Source of the DNA: the human T2T-CHM13v2.0 reference genome, Homo sapiens | Assembly: GCF_009914755.1 (NCBI RefSeq) | Contig: NC_060936.1 | Reading direction: 5' to 3' (one strand) | Length of the DNA stretch: 64,000 nucleotides | Shown: in pieces, positions 51,432 through 64,000 of the stretch | Position numbering within the stretch: position 1 is the first letter of the stretch | Layout: every line of letters starts with the position of its first letter | Position numbers and translations under genes: made by a program | The notes under the pieces: generated by a model | Database searches by the model: none | Told to the model about the DNA's origin: nothing | The model's input: only the letters and a program-made list of their open reading frames with translations

Positions 51432-53339
51432 TGCTTTCTGGTTATTTTAGAAATAACAAGAAACCTTTGAAGAAACCAGAAACCAGAAAATAACCAGAAA
51501 TAACCAAAATAACCAGAAACCAGAAGAAAGAAACCTTTGTTTCTTTCTTCCTCTCTTGTTTATCTTTGTGAGTTGGTGATTTTCTTTAATGGCTTGTTTT
51601 GATTCATTTCTTTTTATCATTTGTGTATTTGCTATCTTTTTGCGCTTTGTGGTTTTCATGAGGCTTACATAAAACATGTTATAGTTATAACGGGCCATTT
51701 TATACTGATACCAACTTAACTTTAGTCACACACAAAAACTCAAAACACTTACGCTCTTTCTCCACAAATTGTATTTTGATGTCACAATTTACATTTTTTA
51801 TATTATGGATTTCTTAACAATTTATTGTAGCTATTTTATTTTTTGACTGTTTTGATTTTAATCTTTGTACTAGATAGATACATGATTTACAGAGCACCAT
51901 AACAGTATAGGGATATTCTGAGTTTACTTATATTTACCTTTACCAGTGAATTTTATACTTTCATGTATTTTCATGTTGGTAATTACTGTCTTTTCATTTC
52001 TACCTGAAAAACTTCCTTGAGCATCTCTTGTAGGGCAGGTCTAGTGGTGATGACTTTCTTCCACTTTTGCTTGTTTGGGAAAGACTATTTCTCCTTCATC
52101 TCCGAAGAACAGCTTTGTTGGGTATAGCATTTTTGCAGGCAGTTTTGCTTATGCACTTTCAACATGTCATCCCATTCTTTTCTGGCCTGCAGGGTTTCTG
52201 CTGACATGTCTGCTGATGATCTATGGTCATTCTTTTGTATGCCACTTGGTACTTTTCTTTTGCTGCTTTTAAAATTCTCTGTTTTTGACTTTTGTCAGTT
52301 TAATTATAATGTGCCTCAGTGGGGATGTCTTTGGGCTGAACCTATTTGGGGATCTTTGAGCTTCATGTGTCTGGATGTCCATACGTCTTCTGAGAGTTGG
52401 GAAGTTTTCAGCAATCATTTTATTAAACAAGCTTTCTGTCCCTATTTTTGTATCTTCTAGATGTCTCATAATGCAAATGTTTGTTCACTTAATGGTGTCC
52501 CAAAATTCCTATAGGCTGTCTTCATTCTTTTTCATTCTTATGCTTTTTTCCCCACTGATTGGGTAATTTCAAAAGACCTATCTTCAAGGTCAGATCCAGT
52601 ATGTTATTGAAGCTGTCAATAACAATAAGACATTTTTAAAAAGTTTTTCTTATTTATCGCTTAGTTTATTTTGTCTCTTTTTCTTTTGGCCATTTTGAAA
52701 CTAACTGCTTAAAATAAAAAAGTTCTTCTGATCAGTTTTTTTGTTACTTTATTTAAAAGTTTATTTGGAGAAATTTCATAAAATAAAAAACTTTGGAATG
52801 TCTGTGGATACCAACTTTTCATGCTATTTCATTGACCCTTATTATGAAAAATCATTTATAAGTTAAATTCTTATTTTTCTTGAATTTATTTTTAAAATCT
52901 CTGGACCTCAGGTGTTGTGTTTCAAAGTTGTGACTTTGCTACCTAAACATATTTAATTCAACATACAACTTGTTATATTGCAATTGCTTATTGCAGCTTT
53001 TCCTACATAAGATAAATACTAATCAATGATTATAACAAAATAAAATAACATTTAGTATTTGTTTAAAACTTATGCCTTGTCTCTAGAAGAGGAACTTCTT
53101 TAAAAGTAAGTCTTGGTGCTATATTGAGATATAGTTGTGAATTCTTCGTTTTTTCTCTGTTTTCTGTGGAGGATTTGTAGACTAACACAAAGATAAATAG
53201 TAGTGAAGAGGGATAAGTAAGAATACCGTGAGATATTCAGCCAATTTCCGGTAGTGTTTGCATCACTAATTAAATGACGAATACCAAAAGTGGGAAAAAG
53301 TAATGAAAACATAGAGCTCCATTCTTGCACTCGACACTC

Positions 53340-53510
53340 AGGCATTTGACGTGATCATATTTAGCTTTTTCAGCAACCCTGTAAGGGATTTATTCCTCAT
53401 GTTTTAGGTAAAATTCCATATCCAATGTCATACAGCTAGTAAATAATAGAACCTAGATCTGTTTCCAAAATATACAAATTTTTCTGTTTTCATTCAGTGG
53501 TCCTCCCAGA
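53340..53510 (-). mobile_element. MIR fragment
   Basis: CAGCAACCCTGTAAGG...CCAATGTCATACAGCTAGTAAAT. Confidence 0.6.
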
Positions 53511-53971
53511 TGGTAAGGCTATCAAACTGGAAAACATTTTGAAAAATAAATAGAACAAATAAGACTATACATTATGGTTATTACTGGGCTTTTAAAAAAT
53601 GTTCTCTGTGTATTGTTTACTGGATTTGCTTGCAAGGGCAGGGTGAAATTAAGCAGTACATCCTGATATGGCTGTGCTGTGGAGTTAGGAATATATTTGA
53701 GTTTGTTCATGAGAAAAAGTTACATCTTTATGTGTGTATATATACAAATGTACATCTTATGTGTGAATATATAATATATTGTGTAATATAATATATTACA
53801 CACATATATACATCATGTGAATACTATATTTTATGCATATTTTGGCACACACACACACACACAAATATTTAAAATTTTTTTGAGGAAAGAGATGCCGTCA
53901 AAGAGTTCACTCAAAGAAAAAATGTTTTCATTTCCACAGCCAGTGAATACCACTTAAAAATTTTCAAATGC

Positions 53972-54261
53972 GGCCAGGCGAGGTGGCTCACACCTGTAAT
54001 CCCAACACTTTGGGAGGCCGAGGCGGGCGGATCACCTGAGGTCAGGAGTTTGAGACCAGCCTGGTCAATGTGGTGACACCCTGTCTCTACTAAAAATACA
54101 AAAATTAGCTGGGTGTGGTGGTGGGTGCCTATAATCCTAGCTACCCAGTAGACTGAGGCAGGAGAATCGCTGGAACCTGGGAGGCAGAGGCTACAGTGAA
54201 CCAAGATTGTGTCATTTCACTCCAACCTGGGCGACAAAGCAAGACTCTCAAAAAAAAAAAA
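53972..54261 (+). mobile_element. AluSx-like
   Basis: Full dimer with A tail. Confidence 0.95.
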
Positions 54262-54919
54262 TTCAGATGCATAATTCCCCTTAAGAACATAGAAGAGGCC
54301 TTGAAAGAGCTGGGGATTTTCCCTTTCAACTGTCACAAGCTCCTTTTTTTTGGACAGCGACATCATGTTCTTCCTGTATGACCTCTACTTTCATAAACAT
54401 GCTCATTAAATTTTTTATGAAAACTGAATATAACATTTTCTTTAAGTTAGTGAAAATGTTGTTTCTTCTGTTTTGCCTTCAAGTTTCCTAGTTTTGTAAT
54501 GATGTCATCTGCTGGGTGTTAAGACATTTTGTACATGCTGAATATGCCTTACCTTTATAAAAGTTCTTCACTCTTGAGTCAATAAGATGTTGGTACTTTG
54601 TCTATAGTCAGGCATAAAAACTTGACTTTTATATTGTAGGTAAAATTCTGATGTGATGCTTTAGCACATTTTTATCAATGCTGAATAATCTACACTAACT
54701 TGTTTACTAGAATTTGTAGTCTATTTTTCTTCTTTAAAGAAAAGGATACAAAATATCAACATTAGATTTTATTCTGGGTTACTTATGAGAAGAAATGAAA
54801 TGGCATAAGAAGTCTTTAGAAGACTATAAGAGAATGGGACAATGTTAAAGTCAATATTGAATGACTATCCCTGTGCTATTACTTATATTGTAAATTTTGT
54901 AAATTTTAGCCATATTCTG

Positions 54920-55208
<289 letters not shown>

Positions 55209-55282
55209 CACATTCTTTAAGTGAAAACATTTGTGTACGTGATACTTCTTAACAGACATTTTTGTATTATTAACTTCCTCTA

Positions 55283-55591
<309 letters not shown>

Positions 55592-56024
55592 TTACAATCT
55601 TCTAACCTTATATTTAAACCTTTGCCACATAAACATTAAGATGTTTTCAGATATTCTAGAATCATAGAATTTCAAGCTGTAAAGAGTTTCAGAAATCACC
55701 TATTAATAATTTGATTTCTTTATTTTGTAGGAAATAGAACTTAGGATCAAAGAAAAGTTGAGTCGTTTTTCTAAGGCAGAACAGGATTAAGGCTGAGACA
55801 TACTTCTCCATGAACACGTTTCTCCAGACTGGTGCTCTGTCCTTTGGTCTACTGTCCCTGTGATGTTTTGAATTGGTAGAAAAATGCTATGGTCAGATAA
55901 AATGAGCAGTTGAGGTCAAAATCCATACCCGTTAAGGTAAATATTTATTCCCCCACCTCCCCAGAGTTACAGTGCTCTGTTTCCAGTGGGCAAAGTTCTT
56001 TTAATAGAGTAAGTCTTGAAATCC

Positions 56025-56200
56025 AAATAAAGTTTGGACTTCAGTTAATAATAATGCATCAACATTGGTTCATCAGTTGTAAATGTGTCACCCATATGAG
56101 CTTAACACAAGGAAACTGGCTCCAGGGTAGAAGGGAACCCACTGTACTCTCTGAGCAGCTTTTCTGTAAACCTAAAACTCTTCTAAAATTGAAAATTTAC
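56025..56200 (+). mobile_element. L1MC/MD-type 3' fragment
   Basis: GGACTTCAGTTAATAATAATGCATCAAC...TTTTCTGTAAACCTAAAACT. Confidence 0.7.
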
Positions 56201-57274
56201 TTACAAAAAGTATCTTTTTTTTGTAATATTAGTGGGAAATTGTTATTTTTCTTTTAGGAGTTTTCTGAGGAAGTACTTTAGATGAATGTGAAGGTGACCA
56301 GTAAAGGGAGACTATGAAGGCAAATATTGAAAGTATTTGTTTTCCTCCTCCTCCTTTCAAAGAGTATGCAGTCACAAGAGATCCAGGCGATAGATTAAAA
56401 AATATTAGAACAAGAGAGCCTTAACAATCCAAATCCAATAGTCGTTATGCTGTTAAATAGCACAATGTTGAAAATTTTTTGGTTATCATTAAAGCATAGA
56501 GGTTGAGGACATTCAAAAATATGATTCCTTCCTTAGTAGCCATTTGCTTGCAGAGATTATATTGATTGATTATGGTGCATGATTCATAGATGATAACATC
56601 TAAAGTTTTCTTTTCCATTTCAATTTTTCTCCTCCTAAAATTTAGCAAGAGTTCTTCCCATGCAGATTTTTGGATAGCTTTGGTGATATGAGCAGTTGGT
56701 TAAAGTGACAGGGACAATTCCCCACCCCTGAATTCCAGCGGTTTGTGCTACACATTACCAGGATGGTCTATTTGTAAAATCATTTGTAGCATGCTTCATA
56801 TTCATCTCCATCCTCTCCCTGTTCCCAAAGTTGCATTCTATGACACAACTTTACAAAACGATTTAAATCATGGACTAATGTACATGTAGAATTCAAATAA
56901 ATCTCCAAGTAAGCCTAGGCCTCTTTGTGCAGGGCTTTGTTTTTAACTGGCTCAAGTCCCTCGCTGTACCAAATGGTATGACAGCTAGCAGACTTGTTTA
57001 TCCCTTGAATGATGTGTCAACTCCAGCAGCCCCCAAACTGAGCTATAGTATTACATGGGTGTTGTTTTTTCATGTGAAATCGTCTGTCAGCATTGACTCT
57101 GAAGTCAGCAGCAACTTCTCCCTTCATGTTCTCACAAAGGAAAATGTGAGCTGAGTGCGTAGGCTTGGATTTTCAGTCGCTTGCTCAGATGTTGTAACCA
57201 TGATGACTCTTCATCTATGCATGTTATGGCTCGAGAGCCTGAAAACATAACCCAGGCTTTGTCAACACTGTCAG

Positions 57275-57275
<1 letters not shown>

Positions 57276-57310
<35 letters not shown>
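57276..57310. repeat. (GT)17 microsatellite
   Basis: Direct reading. Confidence 0.95.
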
Positions 57311-57311
<1 letters not shown>

Positions 57312-57701
57312 GGGGCAGGGGAGGAATTCATCCTCTGCCTCTCTGTACAGCCCCGTCTGAAATACTTTGCTTCCTGATTCTACATACCCTACGATGGCTT
57401 GACCCCATGAATGATTTACTTGTCATACGTATTCTGGAAAAGGCAGAATATCCATAAAGGAACTGGAATCTGACTAATAAGGTAATTTATATATCCATTA
57501 AAAATATTTTTTTGCAAATTAAAACTACAGTGAGATACCATCTCACACCAGTCAGAATGGCTATTATTAAAAAGTCAAAAAATAACTGATGTTGGTGAAG
57601 ATTCAGAGAAAAGGGAACGTTTATATACTGTTGGTGGGAATGTGAAGTAGTTCAACCCCTGAGAAAAACACTAAGGAGATTACCCAAAGAATTAAAAATA
57701 G

Positions 57702-58136
<435 letters not shown>

Positions 58137-58763
58137 CATAATCCCATATTTCTCAGAGAAAAAAAGACACCTGCATTCGTATGTTTATTGCAGCACTATT
58201 CACCATAGCAAAGTCAAAGAATCAACCTAAGTGTTCATCAGTGGTGGACTGGATAAAGAAAATGTGGTATGTATACACCATGCAATACTATCAGCCATAA
58301 AAAAAGAGTGAAATCACATCCTTTGCAGCAACATGGATGGAGCTGAGGCCATTGAACCTAAGTGAACTAACTGAGAAACAGAAAATCAAATATTACATAT
58401 TCTCACCTGTAGGTGGGAGCTAAACAATGGTACAAATGGTCATAAAGATGGAAAAAATAGATACTAGGGGCCCCCCAAAAAGGGAAAGATGGGAGGGAGG
58501 TGAGGGTTAGAAAATTACCTATTGGGTACAATATTCACTATTTGGGTGATGGGTTCACCAGAAGCCCAAACGTCACCATAAGACAATATCTCCATGTAAC
58601 AAACCAGCACCTTGTAGCCCCTGAATCTAAAATAAAATAACAAAATAAAAAATAGCTAAAAATAAAAATACATTCCTTGAGTACACATCCTGTGCTGGAC
58701 ACTATCTTAGGCACTCAGTAAATGACTGAGCTTGGTTATTTAACATTATAGCCTCAAAAATCT

Positions 58764-59190
58764 GTATCGTGCTAATATCTTCTATATGCTCTTCCACCCT
58801 TCTTCACACTGGTCTGAAGCCCAAGAGGCTGAACTACATAGACTATGAGGAAGAGCTTTTGTATTCTCTGGTCTTCAACTGTGTTGGCTAATAAAATGCA
58901 CCCGGAGGAGACTGGAAGGAAAGGGGAGAGTGAGGTTGGGGTGTTTGTTGTCAGGTATCTTTCTTGGGAGGAATTGTAGGTCCTGTTAAACAGCCTTTTC
59001 CGCCCAGTCTTCCCTCTTTAGCTTCCTCCAGGCTGAGGGGTTATAACAGGGTGGTCATTACGAGCCCCAGGGTTCTGCACTATCCACCAAGCGTTCCCTA
59101 CACCCTGCTCTATTGCCTTGGTAAAAAGTCCCTTGATTAGAACTTCCTCAAATTGACCTTCTGTTTCCTGCCAGCACCCTGACCGATACA
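58764..59190 (+). mobile_element. Ancient ERVL-type LTR (LTR33/LTR41-like)
   Basis: Ends CTGTTTCCTGCCAGCACCCTGACCGATACA; family assignment uncertain. Confidence 0.6.
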
Positions 59191-60917
59191 GTCATGGTAA
59201 GTAATCCTGGGCACAGACCACAGCCCAGAAACTACGGCTTTCACATGGATTATTGGATTTTATTCTCTCTCAAACCCACATAAAGTAAATTCTGGTACCT
59301 TAACTGTGACAAATGAAGAAAGTGAACTTTTGAAGGCTTTGGTAACTTCCCCAAGGCCATGTAGGGAGTAAAAGGTGGAATCAGGTTCTATGACTTCTTA
59401 ACCCATGTCCCAGCTCTCTTTTGTGTCTCTTTAAGTGGGTTGCAGTTCTCCATCGCTGTCATTAACATGCAGCCAGGACAGAATGTCCATCATGCTTTGT
59501 TACATCTATATCTCAACATCATGAACTCAGTTCTATTTCTATTCAGTCTTGAGATATGGAAGTAAGAATATACAATTACTTTGGTTAATTATTACAGTTC
59601 TGGATTTGAATCCCTGGAACATAAGTATAAAAGAAACCCTGGATCATTAGGATAAATTTAGTTACATGGCATATCAGTGGATTTAAGGGCTTATTCTCCT
59701 ACTGCAAAAGTTAGAAGAAGAAATTACCTAATTGTAAACCTAATTTTAAACCCAGTTATGAAGTTGACACATGCTGACCTGCATCTCATGTGGCTCAGAT
59801 GGCTTTGGTAGTCCACGTGGGGATTCTGCTTTATGTCTGTCATGATGGTAGGCACAGCAGCCAAGGGAAATTTGTTCCCACACAACCTACGACATCATCA
59901 CTTTCCCCCACAGAGAATTCTCCAGGGTGTCAGTTTTCACACTTTGATCATCTATTATATTATTCTCTGCCTGGATTCTAGACAGATGCTGTAAATTCTC
60001 ACAAAATAGAAAAAAAATTGAACTTCTTATAGAAATACAAACACACTAGGAGGGAGAATTAGGGTCATTTGTCCCATGTAGGTAAAGCTTTAGTTCCTAT
60101 TAAAGCATTCACAGAGTTAAAAGATTAATCTTTTCCAAGTTATTTTCCACGTTTGCTGTGCTTTTCCCTCTGCCTGTCCTGTCTTTGTGTACAGTGTAGG
60201 TTTGATTTGATTTCTAAGGTTCGTATTGGAAGTCACTCCTTTGGGTTTTTTCCTTGGCATTTTCAAAGGGAGGAAAGAATTTCTCACCTCTGGAGTTCTA
60301 CTCTGCTGCAGGTAAAGAATTTAGCAGCTATGGGGGTGATAATTAGAGCCAGTAATAATTTGACTGACTTACTAGGCACAAAATTGTACATCAGATCTCT
60401 CTTTCATGTTGTAAGATGGTTATTTAAATCTCTACATATGTGGTTTAAGAGATCTACAGTGTCTCAAAGTCACTGGTAAGGTGATTTAGCCAGGGGCATC
60501 CAAGTGAATATTGCCGATATAGATTTTTGTGGATGAGCTGCAAACTGTCTGGCAAAAGTCATTTTAGAAAGAATTTCAAAACTTTTAAGTATTGGTATGC
60601 AGGGGAAATTCAGAAGCTGGCTATCTCTTTTGGCCGGAGTGTTACAGGAGGAGTCGGGGATTCTTGGGTTCAGGAGGTGGGGCAGCAGCACTGACTGAGA
60701 GGACCCCAAGGAGAACCCAGAACAGAGTTCCTCCTGCCCAAGCTAGAGCCTCAGGATCTTCCTTATCTCCTTTTTCTTACTCTTAGATTTAATATCACCT
60801 TGGAAATGTCTGGGCAATTTGGCCCTCTTTTTCATCCCTACAGCCACCACCTTAATACAGGCCTCATCATCTCTCATTTGGGGTAATTATTGCACTAGCG
60901 TCTTAACTCACGGAATG

Positions 60918-61295
60918 TTGTAGTCCTTTGGGGCTGCTGTAACAAAGTGCCATATACTCGGTAGCTTATAAACAACAGAAATTAATTTTTTCACAGTTCT
61001 AGAGGCTGCAAATCTGTGATACAGATGCCAGCAGATTTGTTATCTGGTGAGGGCTTACTTCTTGGTTCATAGATGGCTGTCTTTTCATCTTTTTGCTATG
61101 TCCTCATGTGACAGAAGGGACAAAGGAGTTCTTTGTGGTTTATTATTATTTTTTGTAAGAGCACTAATCCCATTAATGAGGGCTTCACCCTCATGACTTA
61201 ATCACCTCTCAAAAGCTGTACCTCTCAATACCATGACTTCGGAGGTTAGGATATCAACATATTAGTTTTAAGACACAAACATTTAGTCAAGAGCA
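60918..61295 (-). mobile_element. MLT1A-like MaLR LTR
   Basis: GGGCTGCTGTAACAAAGTGCCAT...AAACAACAGAAATT...CACAGTTCTAGAGGCTG...CCCTCATGACTTAATCACCTC. Confidence 0.82.
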
Positions 61296-61558
61296 CCAAT
61301 CTACTTTCTCCCTCCCTAACGAGCAGAGATGTTTTCTAAAATACAAATCTGGCCATGTATCCAACCCTACTTGAAGACACACTCATGCTTGCAAGTATCT
61401 TAGAATTTTTCGGCGGCTTCTTAACCTCTAAGGCAATATTTCTTTACCTGTTCTACCTTGATACACCTGAGAAAGTGGCTTGTTCATAGGTATGGATGGC
61501 TGGGGGAAAAGGGAGACAGGAAGGGGTGGTAAAACTACTGTGATGTGTTTGTAAAATT

Positions 61559-62290
61559 TGTAACTGCCCCATGGGTTCACTTTGCCTGCTGCCTAGACAG
61601 AGCTGATTTACCAAGACAGGGGAATTGCAGTGGAAAAAGAGTAACTCATGCAGAGCTGGCTGTGTGGGAGATGGGAGTTTTATTATTACTCAAAATCAGT
61701 CTCTCTGAGCATTTGGGGTTGGCGTTTTTAAGGATAATTTGGCAGGTAGGGGCTTGGGAAGTGGGGAGTGCTGATTGGTCAGGTTGGAGATGGAATCACA
61801 GGGGGTCGAAGTGAGTTTTTCTTGCTGTCTTCTGTTCCTAAGTGGGATGGCAGAACTTGTTGAGCCAGATTACCAGTCTGGGTGGTGTCAGCTGGTCCAT
61901 CCAGTGCAGGGTCTGCAAAATATCTCAAGCACTGATCTTAGATTTTACAATAGTGATGTTATCCCCAGGAGCAATTTGGAGAGGTTCAGACTCTTGGAGC
62001 CAGTGGCTGCGTGACCTCTAAACCATAATTTCTAATCTTTGTAGCTAACTTGTTAGTACTGCAAAGACAGACTGGTCCCAGGCAAGTCAGGTATCTTTTT
62101 GGGAAAGGGCTATTATCAATTTTGTTTCAGAGTCAAACCATGAACTGAATTTCTTCCCAAAGTTAGTTTGGCCTATGCCCAGGAATGAATAAGGACAGCT
62201 TAAAGGTTAGAAGCAAGATAGAGTTGGTTAGGTCTGATCTCTTTCACTGTCATAATTTCCTCAGTTATAACTTTTGCAAAGGTGGTTTCA
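61559..62290 (-). mobile_element. LTR8/LTR8A-like ERV1 solo LTR
   Basis: Minus strand begins TGAAACCACCTTTGCAAAAG; TG...CA ends; AAAT-like 4-bp flanks. Confidence 0.88.
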
Positions 62291-62841
62291 AAATCCACAG
62301 GGTGATTTTGATATACCTCCCAATTGAGGGGAGGAGAGGGCACGCCTCACTTTGATTCCTTTGAGGACATCTGCTTGAAGGCACCAGAAGGACAGACACC
62401 CCCAACTTGGCTCACCTCATCAGCTTCACTCCCTCCTTCTGGGCCTCTCTGACTGACACTGCCACCACTACTGTTCCCACTCAAAGCTCCTAATCATGCC
62501 CTATGAAATCTTCTCTTTCAAAAATATCTGCCTAAATATTAAGGAGCAAAGTGAAAACTTTCTAGCTCTTTGCTCTTAAACCCTTACTAGGCCTTTTGTG
62601 AGCTGGCCCTGGCTTGCATGTCAGTCTTCACACTCACATTCTCCACTCCATCTATGGGGGGCTCAGAGAGTGTCTCAAACACCAGGCTTTCTTCTCTTTC
62701 CATGCCCCTGGGTTTCACACACAGCTTTCCTGCTACCTGAAGTATTCTTTCTTTTTCTGGTTAGTTATCACTCATCTTTTCAGTCTGGATGGGGTGCTTC
62801 TTTCATAAACTTGTTCCTTTCCATTCCATGGCACTTACCAC

Positions 62842-63763
62842 TGCTGATCAAAAAGCCAAACTTTGTAAAATATTTAAAGAGGTTTATTCTGAGCCAAATA
62901 TGAGTGACCATGGCCCAGGGCACAGTCCCAAGAGGTCTTGAGAACATGTGCCTGAGGTGGTTGGGTTACAGCTTAGTTTTCTACATTTCAGGGAGACAGA
63001 AGTTACAGGCAAAGACATAAATCAGTACATGTAAGGTATACATTGGTTTGGCACGGAGGGCATGACATCTCGCAGGATGGGTGTGGTAGCTTCCGGGTCA
63101 TAGGTGATTTAAAGATTTTCTGATGAGCAGTTGGTTGAAAGAGTTAAGTTTTGCCTGAAGAGTTGACATCAGCAGAAAGAAATGCTTGAGTTAAGGGGAG
63201 CTGCAGAAGCCAAGGCTCTTGTTATGTAGATGAAGCCTCTAAGTAGCAGGCTTCAGAGAGAACAGATGGTAAGTAAATGTCTCTTTTCATACCTTAAAAG
63301 GGGTCAGACTCTTAGTTAAATATCTACTGGATGCGGAAAATACATAGAAGGGGAAGAAGAGTCTACAGAATGCAAATTCCCCTACAAGAGACAGTTTTGC
63401 AGGGCATTTCAAAGTATGTCAAACAAATATATTTGGGGGTAACATACTCTGATTTCCTTGAGGGCCTGTTATCTGTCATGCAATGCCATTCCAAAGTCAG
63501 GTTGGAGCTGGGTATCTTATTGCCACAAAGAGTCTGTTTTGTCGTTCTTATGATTTTTAGTTTGGTGTTAATGCTGATCAGTTTTGCCTCAACCCCAAAG
63601 GTAAAAGCTATAATGAGGCATGTCCAATACCTCCTTTCCCATCGTGGCTTGAACTAGTTTTTCAGGTTGAACTAGTTTTTCAGGTTTCTTTGGGATCCCC
63701 TTGGCCAAGATGAGGGGTCCATCCAGTTGTTTGGGGGGCCTATAATTTTATTTTTGGCTTACA
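62842..63763 (-). mobile_element. MER4-family (MER4D-like) ERV1 solo LTR
   Basis: Minus strand begins TGTAAGCCAAAAATAAAATT; exact 4-bp TSD CCAC (62838-62841, 63764-63767). Confidence 0.88.
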
Positions 63764-63836
63764 CCACACTATTTTAATTATTAATACCTAGTTACTTATC
63801 TATATTGGCTTCTATACTCCAGGGATCTATGTCTAT

Positions 63837-64000
63837 TGTAACCACCCAAGGGGTTCTTCCTGCCTGCTGCACAAATAAAGACCACAGCATTGCAGTAAAG
63901 AAAGAGTTAATAGACACGAAGCTAACCATTCCATGTGGGAGATGGAGTTAGTACTCAAATCATCTCCTCCAAAGCTTGTGGGTTAGAGGTTTTTGAAAGT
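63837..64000 (-). mobile_element. ERV1 (MER4-group) LTR 3' end, cut by window end
   Basis: TGTAACCACCCAAGGGGTTCTTCCTGCCTGCTGC resembles the LTR end at 61559. Confidence 0.75.

Noticed and set aside
56240-56370. Acceptor-like TTATTTTTCTTTTAG at 56257
   Set aside because: No convincing donor or open frame downstream; T-rich acceptor mimics are common here
57199-57241. ATGATGA...CTGA resembling C/D snoRNA boxes
   Set aside because: Only ~42 nt with no terminal stem; too short for a C/D snoRNA

Overview
Great-ape, most likely human, genomic DNA: AT-rich, dense in Alu, L1 and LTR elements, and carrying a hominid SVA. I recognise no protein-coding exon, RNA gene or processed pseudogene and cannot name the locus. 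The ORF track is explained by L1 remnants, Alu/SVA/LTR frames and chance ORFs. The window is a layered transposon landscape: a ~5.6 kb L1PA with a nested MLT2A LTR, a collapsed ERVL-type provirus, a full-length SVA with a perfect TSD inside an old L1MB, two long L1MA copies with internal deletions, about 19 Alu/FLAM elements, several solo LTRs and DNA-transposon MITEs. A repeat-poor island at ~17.7-30 kb holds motif clusters and + strand splice signals. Most noteworthy: a patchwork templated-insertion scar at 51.45-51.54 kb, a 27-bp micro-insertion with its own TSD at 57.8-58.2 kb, the possibly polymorphic SVA, and a + strand MLT2A LTR with a DUX4-like site and splice donor upstream of several candidate exons. 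I found no convincing new biological system. Subfamily names come from my recollection of consensus sequences and need RepeatMasker/Dfam confirmation.
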